A DNA stretch of 57,651 bases, filler included, from Stramenopiles sp. TOSAG23-2 (taxonomy: Eukaryota): NCBI GenBank assembly GCA_900128395.1. It is 3 parts of 3 records of this genome, joined end to end, with 100 filler letters (N's around TTAATTAATTAA, not from the genome) between each part and the next. Parts side by side here need not be neighbours in the genome. Positions count along the whole stretch, not along the records: positions 38,590 to 57,651 come from LT649590.1; 2 more parts are not named here. One strand, given 5' to 3'. Of this stretch, positions 45,088 through 55,352 are shown in pieces. A program made the position numbers and the translations under genes. Every line of letters starts with the position of its first letter. The stretch's first letter is position 1. The notes below the pieces were generated by a model. The model worked only from the letters and a program-made list of their open reading frames with translations, ran no database searches and was not told the origin of the DNA.

Positions 45088-46053
45088 ATGAGAGTAAGAA
45101 AAATATATAATTGTCATCAAATTGTTAGTATAGCAATTATAGCAACAACTTTATTTATTCAATATAGTTGTAGTGAGGAAATAAAAAAAGAAAAACCAAA
45201 TATACGCATTCAAAACATTAACAATAAGCATAATAAACAAATACATAATAAACATTCTCAAAAAAGTCAAACAAATTTGTTAAAAGGTCCATTAAAAGTA
45301 TCAATCAAGGATTATTTTCCAGATGATGAGTTTTCTGTGAAATTGCCACATTTATCAACAAACGGAACTTGTTATGAGTTGCCACCTGATATATTAGAAG
45401 ATGAGCATCCTATTGCAATTGCAATAGCACCAGCTAGGAAAAAACATCAACGATATTGCAAGCACGAAGATTTTGGAACGTGCGGACATTCATGTTGCGC
45501 TATGCAAATTGTCGCACCGAAAGATTGTGATACGAAATGTGCATATCGTAGGATTTTACGTAGCTTGAGAATGAGAGGGCCTGATCAACGATATCGATTA
45601 TTGAATGCTACGGATTTAAGAGAGTTGGAAGGTGCATATCGTCATAATATAGAATTTATGATTGATGCAAGGCATCAAACGGAGCATTATTATAAAAATC
45701 AAATAATACAGTTAGTTCTATCTCCAGTAACGACCATGGGTAATCAAGCCTTAGTAAAAGGATTTTCATTATCCGTTGGGCATGATTCATTAAGAGATTT
45801 TGGACAAAATTATAAAAATTTAGCTGAATTGATGAAATCAATTTTTTTTGACGCAGATCGAATTGCAATTTTACATGGTTGTGGTAGAAGTGGTTTAATA
45901 CAATCCCAAGGCACGGCTAGCGTTGCTGTTGGTACTGGTATTATTGGTGTTGTCATTGGTATTATATTAACAGGAACTGTATTTTTATGTTTTGCACAGC
46001 AAGTGGAGGGTGGTGGTAATAGCCACGAAGGATCATCTCATAAAATAAATTAA
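45088..46053 (+). CDS. Signal peptide + Cys-containing ectodomain + C-terminal TM protein, unknown function
   Basis: N-terminal hydrophobic segment, DFGTCGHSCC, DFGQNYKNL and a C-terminal TM (GIIGVVIGIILTGTVFL). Confidence 0.7.
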   Translation: MRVRKIYNCHQIVSIAIIATTLFIQYSCSEEIKKEKPNIRIQNINNKHNKQIHNKHSQKSQTNLLKGPLKVSIKDYFPDDEFSVKLPHLSTNGTCYELPPDILEDEHPIAIAIAPARKKHQRYCKHEDFGTCGHSCCAMQIVAPKDCDTKCAYRRILRSLRMRGPDQRYRLLNATDLRELEGAYRHNIEFMIDARHQTEHYYKNQIIQLVLSPVTTMGNQALVKGFSLSVGHDSLRDFGQNYKNLAELMKSIFFDADRIAILHGCGRSGLIQSQGTASVAVGTGIIGVVIGIILTGTVFLCFAQQVEGGGNSHEGSSHKIN

Positions 46054-46238
46054 ATTTAATATAAAATTTAAATAAAAAATAATATTGTACGTTCGTACGA
46101 GTACACACATTTGATATATTTTTTCTCTTACTCATAATTTTGTGTATCAATTATATTTTCGTATTCTTCTAAAGATCATATATCAAATACGTATATTTTG
46201 ATAACATGTGTATATACACATATTTTAAATACCTTCCA

Positions 46239-49200
46239 TCAACTATTAATTTTAATACGCAAATTGTGTAAATTTATACCCGCTCCAGCATCAGGAGTTG
46301 CTTCCAACTCTAAATTAAATCCAGAAATACAATAATCACTTGCATTGGTTGGCATGCCATGTGGAAAATGCGATGGAAATGCTTTTAAACCATCTGCAAT
46401 CCCTTGCTCCAAATGTTTCGACTTCACTTCATAACCAAAATATTTACGATTCGTCCATGTTTTATTACTACTTTTAGAAGAATTATGAAGTAATTTATGG
46501 TATTTTGAAATGCCTGATAACGGAGAGGCAATTATTAGCTTTTGAGAAACTGTATCAATAAAAACATGATCCAACATAACATCACGTCCAAAATCAAAAA
46601 CTTTTGTTTCATACCAAATGAAATGGTTTGGCAATCCAGGTTTTGTATGTACATTTATAGACAATGAAGCATACACAGCACATGTATTTTCCTTTAAGAA
46701 TTTTTTAAATGCTGTTGGAACTGCAAGCTCATATTCCACTAGGAAGCTATTTTTATCGTTATTATTATCCCATACATTTAAACATTCTCCAAATGACGTT
46801 TCAATGGTATTTGTCGTTAGAACTTCTTCTGCATTAGTTGTATTAATCGCAGATGCATATATTCCATTGTCGGAATATTGAATTGCAGAGAATGGAGTAG
46901 TATGATTGCTACCAAAAACTACTGCTTGCTGTTCTGGCTGAACTTTAATCCCAGTAAGTTTTGAAACATCTATTGTTGATGAATCAAACGGTGTAATAAT
47001 ATTGGTATTTAAATGGTTCCTTTGCCATATGACAGAGCAGGTTTTGTTATCTAACGCTTCTCGTGGCCAACCTTTTGGCTGATGTGTTGGGTTGACGAAT
47101 ACATTTGTCTTTACATCCACAGCCTTTTCTGGCTGCAAGTAGACAATGTTGTCATCATCAACATCATCATCATCATCATTATTATTATTATAGACAATGT
47201 TAACAACATCATCATCATTATTATTATTATTATTATTAGTAGTAGTAGTAGTAGTAGTATTTTTCATATTTTCATTTACTAACATTTGCAAAATTAATGC
47301 AGCCGTCCAATGATAATCTCTTACTCCTCCAGTGGAAGCACCTTTTCTCAATAACGTGCGTGGATCGTGTTTACCTTTCGAATCATAAAATTCATAAAAA
47401 ACACCCGTTTTTTTATACCACATATCAACACAATCAATAGTTGATTTCAAAATCTTGTGTGCTAAGTTCATTGCGCCATATTTCTTTAAACCTAAATATA
47501 CAAAATAATTTGTATTTATCCACATTGGTCCACGCCACATGTCTGTACTAAATGTTTCTGTATCTAATGCTACGGAGGGAATCCCTATTGATGAATTAAA
47601 TGATGTTGCTAGTGCATTTAACATTCGATGCATTCTATCCTTTGCTGGGAAATCATCCAATAACATCGGTAAAAATGATGCAACACTTTTGACAGTAGAA
47701 AATACTTCTTTTCCATTATTTTCTTTTATACCAGCATGTCTATCCATATAAAAATTATTTTTATCATCCCATAACAAATTGTGAACAGCAGATGACATCG
47801 TAGAACTTATGTCTAACCATTTTTTATATGCAGTTGTATTTCCAATTTCCTTTGCAATCAATACTAATTTTGATGCATCCAAAGCAAAAAATGTTGAAAA
47901 ATCAACAGCAAGCATTGAACGTACATTTCCAGGATTTGTCACATCTGCATCAAATCGTTGTGAATTATCCATACCACTCTCTGTTCCTTTCACCCATGAT
48001 AACAATGGCGATAAATTACTTGGATCTGTTCGTTCACGAATATCCCATTCTAAATATCCTTCTAATATTGGGAATGCATATTTCAATCTATCAAGCGCGC
48101 GATTTTTATTGTTTGCACATTGCAATTTATCATAGCACGTGGTATGAATTAAAGCTTGATAATTATGCCACACAGAATATGATAATAAGGGAGGTTGTGT
48201 TTGCTTTACTTTTTGACCAGCAGTAATTGGTGTGCGTTGAATTGCAATGCCACCATCTGGCGATGCAGCATCAAGTACAGCTTTAAGATATTCCCAGCTA
48301 ACTTCAACACCATCTAGGTTATCACTGATTGTTTTAAAAGATTTATCCAAACCTATACGTTTCTTCCAAACAGTACTCTCTGCATCACTATTAATTGGTA
48401 TATTTCTTAATAAATTCATGCCAAGAGAATGAAAACAAGAATCCCATAACCACATCCATGTATGTGGCATACGGTCTGGTGTAGACCATCGCTCTTTTAT
48501 CAAACCTTCTTTGGACAATGAATTGACCCTCATAATACTAATAGCTTTGTTACGTAATTTTTCTCTACCAGGTTTCACTGATGGAAGATTCACATGATAT
48601 TGCCCCATGCGATCATTTGCAATGCTTTGTATATTTAACGTTAAAGATTTTTTTGCTAATTCAACAGCTTCATTTATTGTTGAATTAGATGTATATACAA
48701 GTGAAAATGTTGATTTTTCCATGCATAGAGCAACAATACTACTCTCCATAACGCTTACAGAGCAACTGTTAACAATTGAGCTGTTATCTAATATCGTATC
48801 AGAAACACCAGTTCCAATTAAAACATCCCAAGATGCATACGTAATTACTACATCATTATTATCATCTTCCTCATGTTCACTTCCTATGACAATGACATCA
48901 TTGGTTGCAATTTTAACTATGTTTTCATTTCCTACTGATGTAGTAATTGTTAATCTCCGAACATTATTTTTTAATCCACAAAAACGCAAATCAAAATTAG
49001 TGTAATTATCTCCTTCAATCAGAGCAATAAAATTATGCAATTCAGAAGTTGCACCGTCTAATCCTGAAAATCCAAATAACCATCCGCTACAACCACCTAA
49101 AACACCACCAGGTGGTGCAGATGAATTGCCCCCCCAAACATTAGGCACATTGTTTGGTAGAATTATATTACTACTACTACCTGTTATGATTGATAAAGAA

Positions 49201-49265
49201 TTGAAAAATATTAATAGTATAAACATAGAAATTGACATTTCCCTCATGTTACTTACTGATTTCAT
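46239..49265 (-). CDS. Secreted (alpha/alpha)6 glycoside hydrolase (GH63/MGH1-like, trehalase-related) with an extra C-terminal domain
   Basis: WMWLWDSCFH, QTQPPLL, ESGMDNSQRFD, LLWDD, MWRGPMWINTNYF, FYEFYD, YHWTAA; signal peptide; T/N/D linker followed by ~300 aa of unassigned sequence. Confidence 0.8.
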   Translation of the reverse strand: MKSVSNMREMSISMFILLIFFNSLSIITGSSSNIILPNNVPNVWGGNSSAPPGGVLGGCSGWLFGFSGLDGATSELHNFIALIEGDNYTNFDLRFCGLKNNVRRLTITTSVGNENIVKIATNDVIVIGSEHEEDDNNDVVITYASWDVLIGTGVSDTILDNSSIVNSCSVSVMESSIVALCMEKSTFSLVYTSNSTINEAVELAKKSLTLNIQSIANDRMGQYHVNLPSVKPGREKLRNKAISIMRVNSLSKEGLIKERWSTPDRMPHTWMWLWDSCFHSLGMNLLRNIPINSDAESTVWKKRIGLDKSFKTISDNLDGVEVSWEYLKAVLDAASPDGGIAIQRTPITAGQKVKQTQPPLLSYSVWHNYQALIHTTCYDKLQCANNKNRALDRLKYAFPILEGYLEWDIRERTDPSNLSPLLSWVKGTESGMDNSQRFDADVTNPGNVRSMLAVDFSTFFALDASKLVLIAKEIGNTTAYKKWLDISSTMSSAVHNLLWDDKNNFYMDRHAGIKENNGKEVFSTVKSVASFLPMLLDDFPAKDRMHRMLNALATSFNSSIGIPSVALDTETFSTDMWRGPMWINTNYFVYLGLKKYGAMNLAHKILKSTIDCVDMWYKKTGVFYEFYDSKGKHDPRTLLRKGASTGGVRDYHWTAALILQMLVNENMKNTTTTTTTNNNNNNNDDDVVNIVYNNNNDDDDDVDDDNIVYLQPEKAVDVKTNVFVNPTHQPKGWPREALDNKTCSVIWQRNHLNTNIITPFDSSTIDVSKLTGIKVQPEQQAVVFGSNHTTPFSAIQYSDNGIYASAINTTNAEEVLTTNTIETSFGECLNVWDNNNDKNSFLVEYELAVPTAFKKFLKENTCAVYASLSINVHTKPGLPNHFIWYETKVFDFGRDVMLDHVFIDTVSQKLIIASPLSGISKYHKLLHNSSKSSNKTWTNRKYFGYEVKSKHLEQGIADGLKAFPSHFPHGMPTNASDYCISGFNLELEATPDAGAGINLHNLRIKINS

Positions 49266-49321
49266 GATAACTTAAATAGAATATACAGGTATTATATATA
49301 TATATATATATATATAGATAG

Positions 49322-49846
49322 ATAGATGAAGAACAAGATACACAAATAAACAAGACGAAGGGACATACTACAAAAACCTGGTAACCGGTTAGGATAATAA
49401 TAATATCTTTTTTTCTTTTCGTCTTTATATATTTTTATTCACAGCAGTCGTCGCATCATCACAGTCGTCGCAACCAGTCCGTCTCGGGTCTCGGCATTCC
49501 AGCATTCCCTGGCATTCCAGCATTCCAGCATTCCAGGCATTCCAGCATTCCAGCAGCAATCCAGCAATCCAGGAATCCAGCAATCTGGCAATCCAGCAAT
49601 CCAGCCTCCAGCGATCGAAGGCATATTAATATTATTGTACTTATTAGCTTATAGTTAGAGAGTAGGAAGAATAGCTAGAATCAGGGAGAATGGACATCAC
49701 CACATCATCAGTATAGTTTATAGTGCTATACAGAAGATCTAGTAGACTGGTAGATATTAAGCTATAGATCTAATATTCTAAAATATAGATATAGATGAAG
49801 GACAAAGATATACAAAACAAACAAGAAGGGACATACTAAACAAAAA
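49322..49846 (+). repeat. Diverged ~55-bp direct repeat (49322-49376 and 49791-49846) bracketing a divergent promoter
   Basis: ATAGATGAAGAACAAGATACACAAATAAACAAGACGAAGGGACATACTACAAAAA vs ATAGATGAAGGACAAAGATATACAAAACAAACAAGAAGGGACATACTAAACAAAAA. Confidence 0.82.
49493..49612 (+). repeat. Minisatellite of ~8-nt units CCAGCATT/CCAGCAAT (roughly 14 degenerate copies)
   Basis: Seen directly; it accounts for the spurious ORF 49439-49624. Confidence 0.9.
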
Positions 49847-49868
49847 TTATTAGGAAAAGAAATAAAGT

Positions 49869-51092
49869 ATGCCAAATCTAGTACCAATCTTCAAATCAAT
49901 TACGGCATCGGCATTGTCGGCTGCACCGTTCAAATCGAATTCATCGAATACGCCTGGTGTGCCAGATAAAACGCAACCAACACGTGGTTTTACGTTTGCA
50001 CATATTAATGATGATAGTTGGCAAACGTTTGTTGGCGTAACATTATCTTTATTAGGTTCGTTTTGTTTTATTATTGGTTGGAAATACATGCATGATGCAA
50101 ATATAGAAAGGAAGGAAGCACAAAAAAATGCGGTGTTGGAAAAAAAAGCCGATAATAAATGGTATGCTGCTGTTGCATTGAATGTACTTGCTGGCTTATT
50201 AGATGCTGGTGCATTTGCATTTGCAGCACAAAGTATTATTAATTCTTTAGGTGGCATATCAGTTATTTTATATGCTTTAATTATACCATGTTGGAGCGAG
50301 CGAGAATTGGCACAATTGAAAAGGACTAAATTTGCCCCATTTTATGGATGTTTTATCATTATGATCGGGGCAACAATGTGTGTCTTAGCTGGTGATCATA
50401 GGGCAACTGCATATTCCTCACGCGAATTAGAATTATTTTTTGCCGAACCAAGTTTTATATTATTCGAGACAATTACATTATTAATTTTGGGATATTTCAT
50501 TTTAATATATGTATTTTATCGACATTATACAGATCGTAAAGAAATTATTGATTTATTTCTGTTAGGGTATGGTCCAGCATGGCTAGGTGCTATAATGAAT
50601 ATGATGTTAAAAGTATCGATGGAGATATTAAAAAGTTCTATGAAAGGTGAAAGTAATTTTATTTCTATAGAAACGTTTTTATCAGTATCGGTAACAATTT
50701 TATTAGCAGTTGCACAAATATTATTTGTTAATCGTGGATTAAAGAAATTTGAACATCGTACTATCAAATTTATAGGTTTTTACCAAGCTATTATGATGTT
50801 ACTTGGTGTAACTACTGGTGGTATTTTTTATGGCGAATTTGATATGTTTACAAGTGGACGATGGGCCGTCTTTATATTTGGAGCAGTTTTTGCTTTATGG
50901 GGTTTGCTTATAGTAGCATTTGTTGATACACCACGTACACATTTAGTTGATATGCCTACTAGAAGATTTTGCCCATGTCATAGTAGATTTATATGTGGTA
51001 TTGCAGATGCAATGATTATTGATTATCCAGTTGGGGAGGAAACAGAGATTAGAAAGAAAGGATTTTTATCTACGTATGATGATGGGCTTTAA
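49869..51092 (+). CDS. NIPA-like magnesium transporter (DMT superfamily)
   Basis: Multiple TMs; AFAFAAQSIINSLGG, Q..FVNRGLKKFE, YQ...GGIFYGEF. Confidence 0.8.
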   Translation: MPNLVPIFKSITASALSAAPFKSNSSNTPGVPDKTQPTRGFTFAHINDDSWQTFVGVTLSLLGSFCFIIGWKYMHDANIERKEAQKNAVLEKKADNKWYAAVALNVLAGLLDAGAFAFAAQSIINSLGGISVILYALIIPCWSERELAQLKRTKFAPFYGCFIIMIGATMCVLAGDHRATAYSSRELELFFAEPSFILFETITLLILGYFILIYVFYRHYTDRKEIIDLFLLGYGPAWLGAIMNMMLKVSMEILKSSMKGESNFISIETFLSVSVTILLAVAQILFVNRGLKKFEHRTIKFIGFYQAIMMLLGVTTGGIFYGEFDMFTSGRWAVFIFGAVFALWGLLIVAFVDTPRTHLVDMPTRRFCPCHSRFICGIADAMIIDYPVGEETEIRKKGFLSTYDDGL

Positions 51093-51245
51093 CATTTAAA
51101 CACACACGACAAAAACATTTCAAAAAATATTACACACGCGTATATATCTATATTATATATATATAATATAGTAAATGTGGACTTAATAATTTTAAACTCT
51201 CTGATGGCAGATCTCCTGGTGTCTCGCCCTATTTCTTCTTTTTTG

Positions 51246-51536
51246 TTAATGTTTAACTGGTTTTATTTTTTCCCCATACAATGTATTATAATCTATTTTA
51301 TTTTCCAATTCTTTATCTATTTCACCTATGACACTGACATTATCACCACGTATTATATATAAACCTAACTCTTCTTTTTTTACACCTTGATTTTTTGAAT
51401 ATTTTCTTTCATGTGCATTAGAAAGAATTACATTTGTAGCACGATCACAACCTTTTAATACACCACATATATTACTACCATCCCCTGTTATTATACAAAC
51501 TTCTTTATCAACTAAACTATACAAATAATTTGCCAT
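51246..51536 (-). CDS. LSM8: U6 snRNA-associated Sm-like protein LSm8
   Basis: IITGDG...GVLKGCDRATNVIL...HER, LGLYIIRGDNV. Confidence 0.9.
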   Translation of the reverse strand: MANYLYSLVDKEVCIITGDGSNICGVLKGCDRATNVILSNAHERKYSKNQGVKKEELGLYIIRGDNVSVIGEIDKELENKIDYNTLYGEKIKPVKH

Positions 51537-52109
51537 TTTTTCTATACAACTAAAAAAAATTAAGAAAACGCGTATTAAGAGAAAACAAAATAAAATGAAA
51601 CAGTATTACAAAAATGTTCAAAAATTAAATTTATCTATCTATCCCCGTCTCTCTCTCAATTATTATCTCCTTACTGATATATATATATTAAATCTAGACA
51701 ACAACTAGTCTATACACTGGAAATATAAAATTATTCTAATTATTTTAGAATCTATCAACAATATAATTAAAATTATTAATTATTATTTTTTCGAGGAGAT
51801 ATTTTTTTTTCAGGTTAAGGTGGTTATGGTTCTATATTTCTATTGTTAGAATAATAAACTTGTACTTTATTTCTAAATGACATACACACCTCGACACCTT
51901 AACCACCGAATTATAAATAGACGGCGGATCCAACCAAAAAAGACTATAATTGGCCTTCTTATAACTTTGTTTTTTGATCAACAACAAAACCAGGAATAGA
52001 AAAAAAAACAATTATAACTATATATAGATGTAGATATGGAAAGATACAACCATTTTATTTATAGGAACATTCATTCAACAATATCATTTATAGTAAAATT
52101 TATAATATA

Positions 52110-53792
52110 ATGGACTGCAAAAAATGCACTTTATTAACATTCATATTAATGGCTTGCTTTTGCTTCACAGGCATTATATTCGGCTATGCACCTTTATTGT
52201 TAATGTTGGAGAAGGAAGGTGTGTATGATGAGTTGTGTAAACCTGGTGATCCAAGGCCATGTATAGCACAGCAAGAGCGCTTTAATTTGTGTTTCACCCT
52301 TGCTTGTTTTATCCTTTCGTTCTTAAGCTTACCAGCTGGTATATTTTTAGATAAATTTGGACCAAGATACACCATGATGTTCAGTAGTGTCTTTGTATTC
52401 ATAGGATTACTTGGTTTTGCATATGCAGATTCAAAGCACTTTGATGTTTTTTTACCTAGTTTTATATCCTTGGCTTCAGGTGGTATTATGATTATGATGT
52501 CCTCGTTTCCAGTTTCTTTCCTCTTACCCGAGTACCAAGCAGGAATATTAGCAAGTATTAGTTGTTTGTTCGATGCCTCGTCATTAATATTTTCCATTTT
52601 TTTGCAATTAAATATTCATTTTCAATTCACCAGAAAGCAATTATTCATTGGATATGCATTTCTTTCATTGTTCATATTATTACCACCTATTGTTTTATGG
52701 GTAGAAATGGAAAAATTGATATTACACAAAAAAGATAATAATGATGATCATCATAATGATTTTAATAAAGGTAAAGTAGATGGAAATAATGATAATTATA
52801 ATAGTATCACAGAAAAAATACATTTTCAAGATATGGATGATTTGCAATTAAATGATGTTGCTGATGATGGAAATAATAATAATAATAATAATAATATAAC
52901 AAGTGTAAAAAATGAATTTATACCGGTTCATCAACGTAATTTTTTTGGTCAAATAAAATCGTTTGAATTTCTATTTGTCATATTATTTGCATCAATGCAA
53001 ATGTTAAAAGCAAATACGTATCTTGGCTGTGTTGTTGAATTATTAGATAGTTATGGGGATGCTGCGTCAAAACATTATTATTCCAAAGTATTTTCATTTG
53101 TATTACCTGCTGGTATTGTATGTGTCCCATTGATAGATCGATCTATCCATTATTTTGGTTTGGTTGGTTCATTAACTTTAACAACAATAGTTGGTTTGAT
53201 ATTTTCTGGAGTGGCATTAGTCCCGGATTTACAATGGCAGATCGTAACGTTTGCTACCTTTACAATCTTTCGTGCATTTTTATATGCTGTAATGTCTACG
53301 TTTAACGCACACATTTTTGGATTGGAAACATTAGGTAGAATTACTGGGATCGTATTTACATCATCAAGTATTATGGGCTTGTTGCAATACCCATTAGTTG
53401 ATATTACAAATCAAGAATTTAATGGGGATTTTAAATATCTATTGTATTTCTTATGTGCATTATCTTTGCCTACGTTTGTATTAATCGTATTATTTATGCG
53501 CCACCGTAAAAAATATTATGGTGAAATTGTTGTTAAATCGCCAAATACTAGTATTCAAGGTTCACCATCTGTAGCAGGCTGTGCTAGATTGGATCGCAGC
53601 AATTCGTATGGCGTGGATGTATTAACTAAATCGCCAGGTCGAACTGGTGGCTTTGCATTATGGTCAGGTATTGATAATGTTAATGAACAAAGTTCATTAC
53701 TTGAAGAGAACAATGGTATTGTTGGTGGTGAATATCATACGTTGGATGTTCCTGAAGTGAAAGATGATAAAAATAATATTCGTATGAAATAG
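52110..53792 (+). CDS. MFS transporter, SLC43/LAT3-Fmp42-like
   Basis: GIIFGYAPL...EGVY.ELC, LPAGIFLDKFGPR, FDASS, FRAFLY, FG..TLGRITG; many predicted TMs. Confidence 0.82.
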   Translation: MDCKKCTLLTFILMACFCFTGIIFGYAPLLLMLEKEGVYDELCKPGDPRPCIAQQERFNLCFTLACFILSFLSLPAGIFLDKFGPRYTMMFSSVFVFIGLLGFAYADSKHFDVFLPSFISLASGGIMIMMSSFPVSFLLPEYQAGILASISCLFDASSLIFSIFLQLNIHFQFTRKQLFIGYAFLSLFILLPPIVLWVEMEKLILHKKDNNDDHHNDFNKGKVDGNNDNYNSITEKIHFQDMDDLQLNDVADDGNNNNNNNNITSVKNEFIPVHQRNFFGQIKSFEFLFVILFASMQMLKANTYLGCVVELLDSYGDAASKHYYSKVFSFVLPAGIVCVPLIDRSIHYFGLVGSLTLTTIVGLIFSGVALVPDLQWQIVTFATFTIFRAFLYAVMSTFNAHIFGLETLGRITGIVFTSSSIMGLLQYPLVDITNQEFNGDFKYLLYFLCALSLPTFVLIVLFMRHRKKYYGEIVVKSPNTSIQGSPSVAGCARLDRSNSYGVDVLTKSPGRTGGFALWSGIDNVNEQSSLLEENNGIVGGEYHTLDVPEVKDDKNNIRMK

Positions 53793-54297
53793 TAAATATA
53801 AATATATTAATATATTTTAGTAAAATAATTTTAATTTTTTTTTAGTAAAAATATAGCTGATTTTTCATCTTCTTTTCTGCTATTTTTTTTATTTTTCTAA
53901 AAAAGCAACGCTAAACAGATGTTGTAAATATATGCAAACAACGACATACGTCCATTCATTCATTTTTTTTCAAATCTCAAATCCACACAGTAAAACCGCA
54001 AAGCAAATCAGGAAGATTTTACTATGGACACACGATTAAAAATCGTTAAATTTAAAAAGAGCACAAGAAAATGAATAAATATTTAAACTATTTTTATAGC
54101 AATGCTATTCCCATACAAATATATAAATTAAAATAAATTTACTCTATTTACTCTAGTTACTATTGAAAAAAAACCAACAGACACATAAAAATATATATAT
54201 ATATATACAAATATTAGTAAAATATGTACATTGTGTTATAGATATTTGTAGATGTTATATAACAGAAAACAAAACTTAATTGTCCTTTGAAGTTTAA

Positions 54298-54615
<318 letters not shown>

Positions 54616-55352
54616 AAAAATGTATTAGAGTTTATGAAATGGTAAGTTCCTTTTATATTGTCAAATATATATACATATGTACATCGTTTATTGGTTCCTC
54701 AGTTTGTTAAAACACCCCCCAACTAACATAATGTATTCCAACATGTAATATATAACCAATAGGAAGAAAGCGCATCGGGAGAGAGTTGCGCCGGCTTGAG
54801 TAGGGTAAATTGTTAGGCAAGAATAGTTAGAATGAAGCAGATCTACATATAAATATAAATATATATGTAACTTTGCCAACTGAAAAACTTTCTGGAAAAA
54901 TGAATATTATTGAGAGAACAGTTTATATTTCAAACCTAACTCGTAATCGCAAGGCGCCCCAACCTTTGTGTTTGTCTTCTTGAAGAAAGAGGAAGAATTT
55001 ATTATGGCGAAGATTTTAGATGAGGGAAAAAAGAGAGGAATTGTAGCTTTACGATGTTGTTTGCTACGTATGGTATTAGTTTAGAGAATTTATGGATAGT
55101 GTTATGATTTTATGGATTCAATTTATATATGAGAGGGAAAGAAAAAAGGTTTTTCCTTCCTTTTGCTGTTATAAATTGATTGATCGAAGATTGAGTTTTT
55201 GTATGTGTGTGTATATAAATTATTATAAATATATATATATATATAAGTTACACAGTGTATAGAACTTGTGCAAATTTATTAAAAAAACGTTTTACGTATT
55301 GTATTTTTTTTTACGAAGTATATTATACGTAATATATAAATCCCCTCCATCT

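Noticed and set aside
49439-49624. CRISPR-like array or small repeat protein
   Set aside because: Contiguous 8-nt units with no spacers and no cas genes; a minisatellite.
54700-55120. GC-elevated patch after LC8 as an ncRNA or gene
   Set aside because: Only short stop-interrupted frames and a weak hairpin; no recognisable tRNA, snRNA or rRNA motif.
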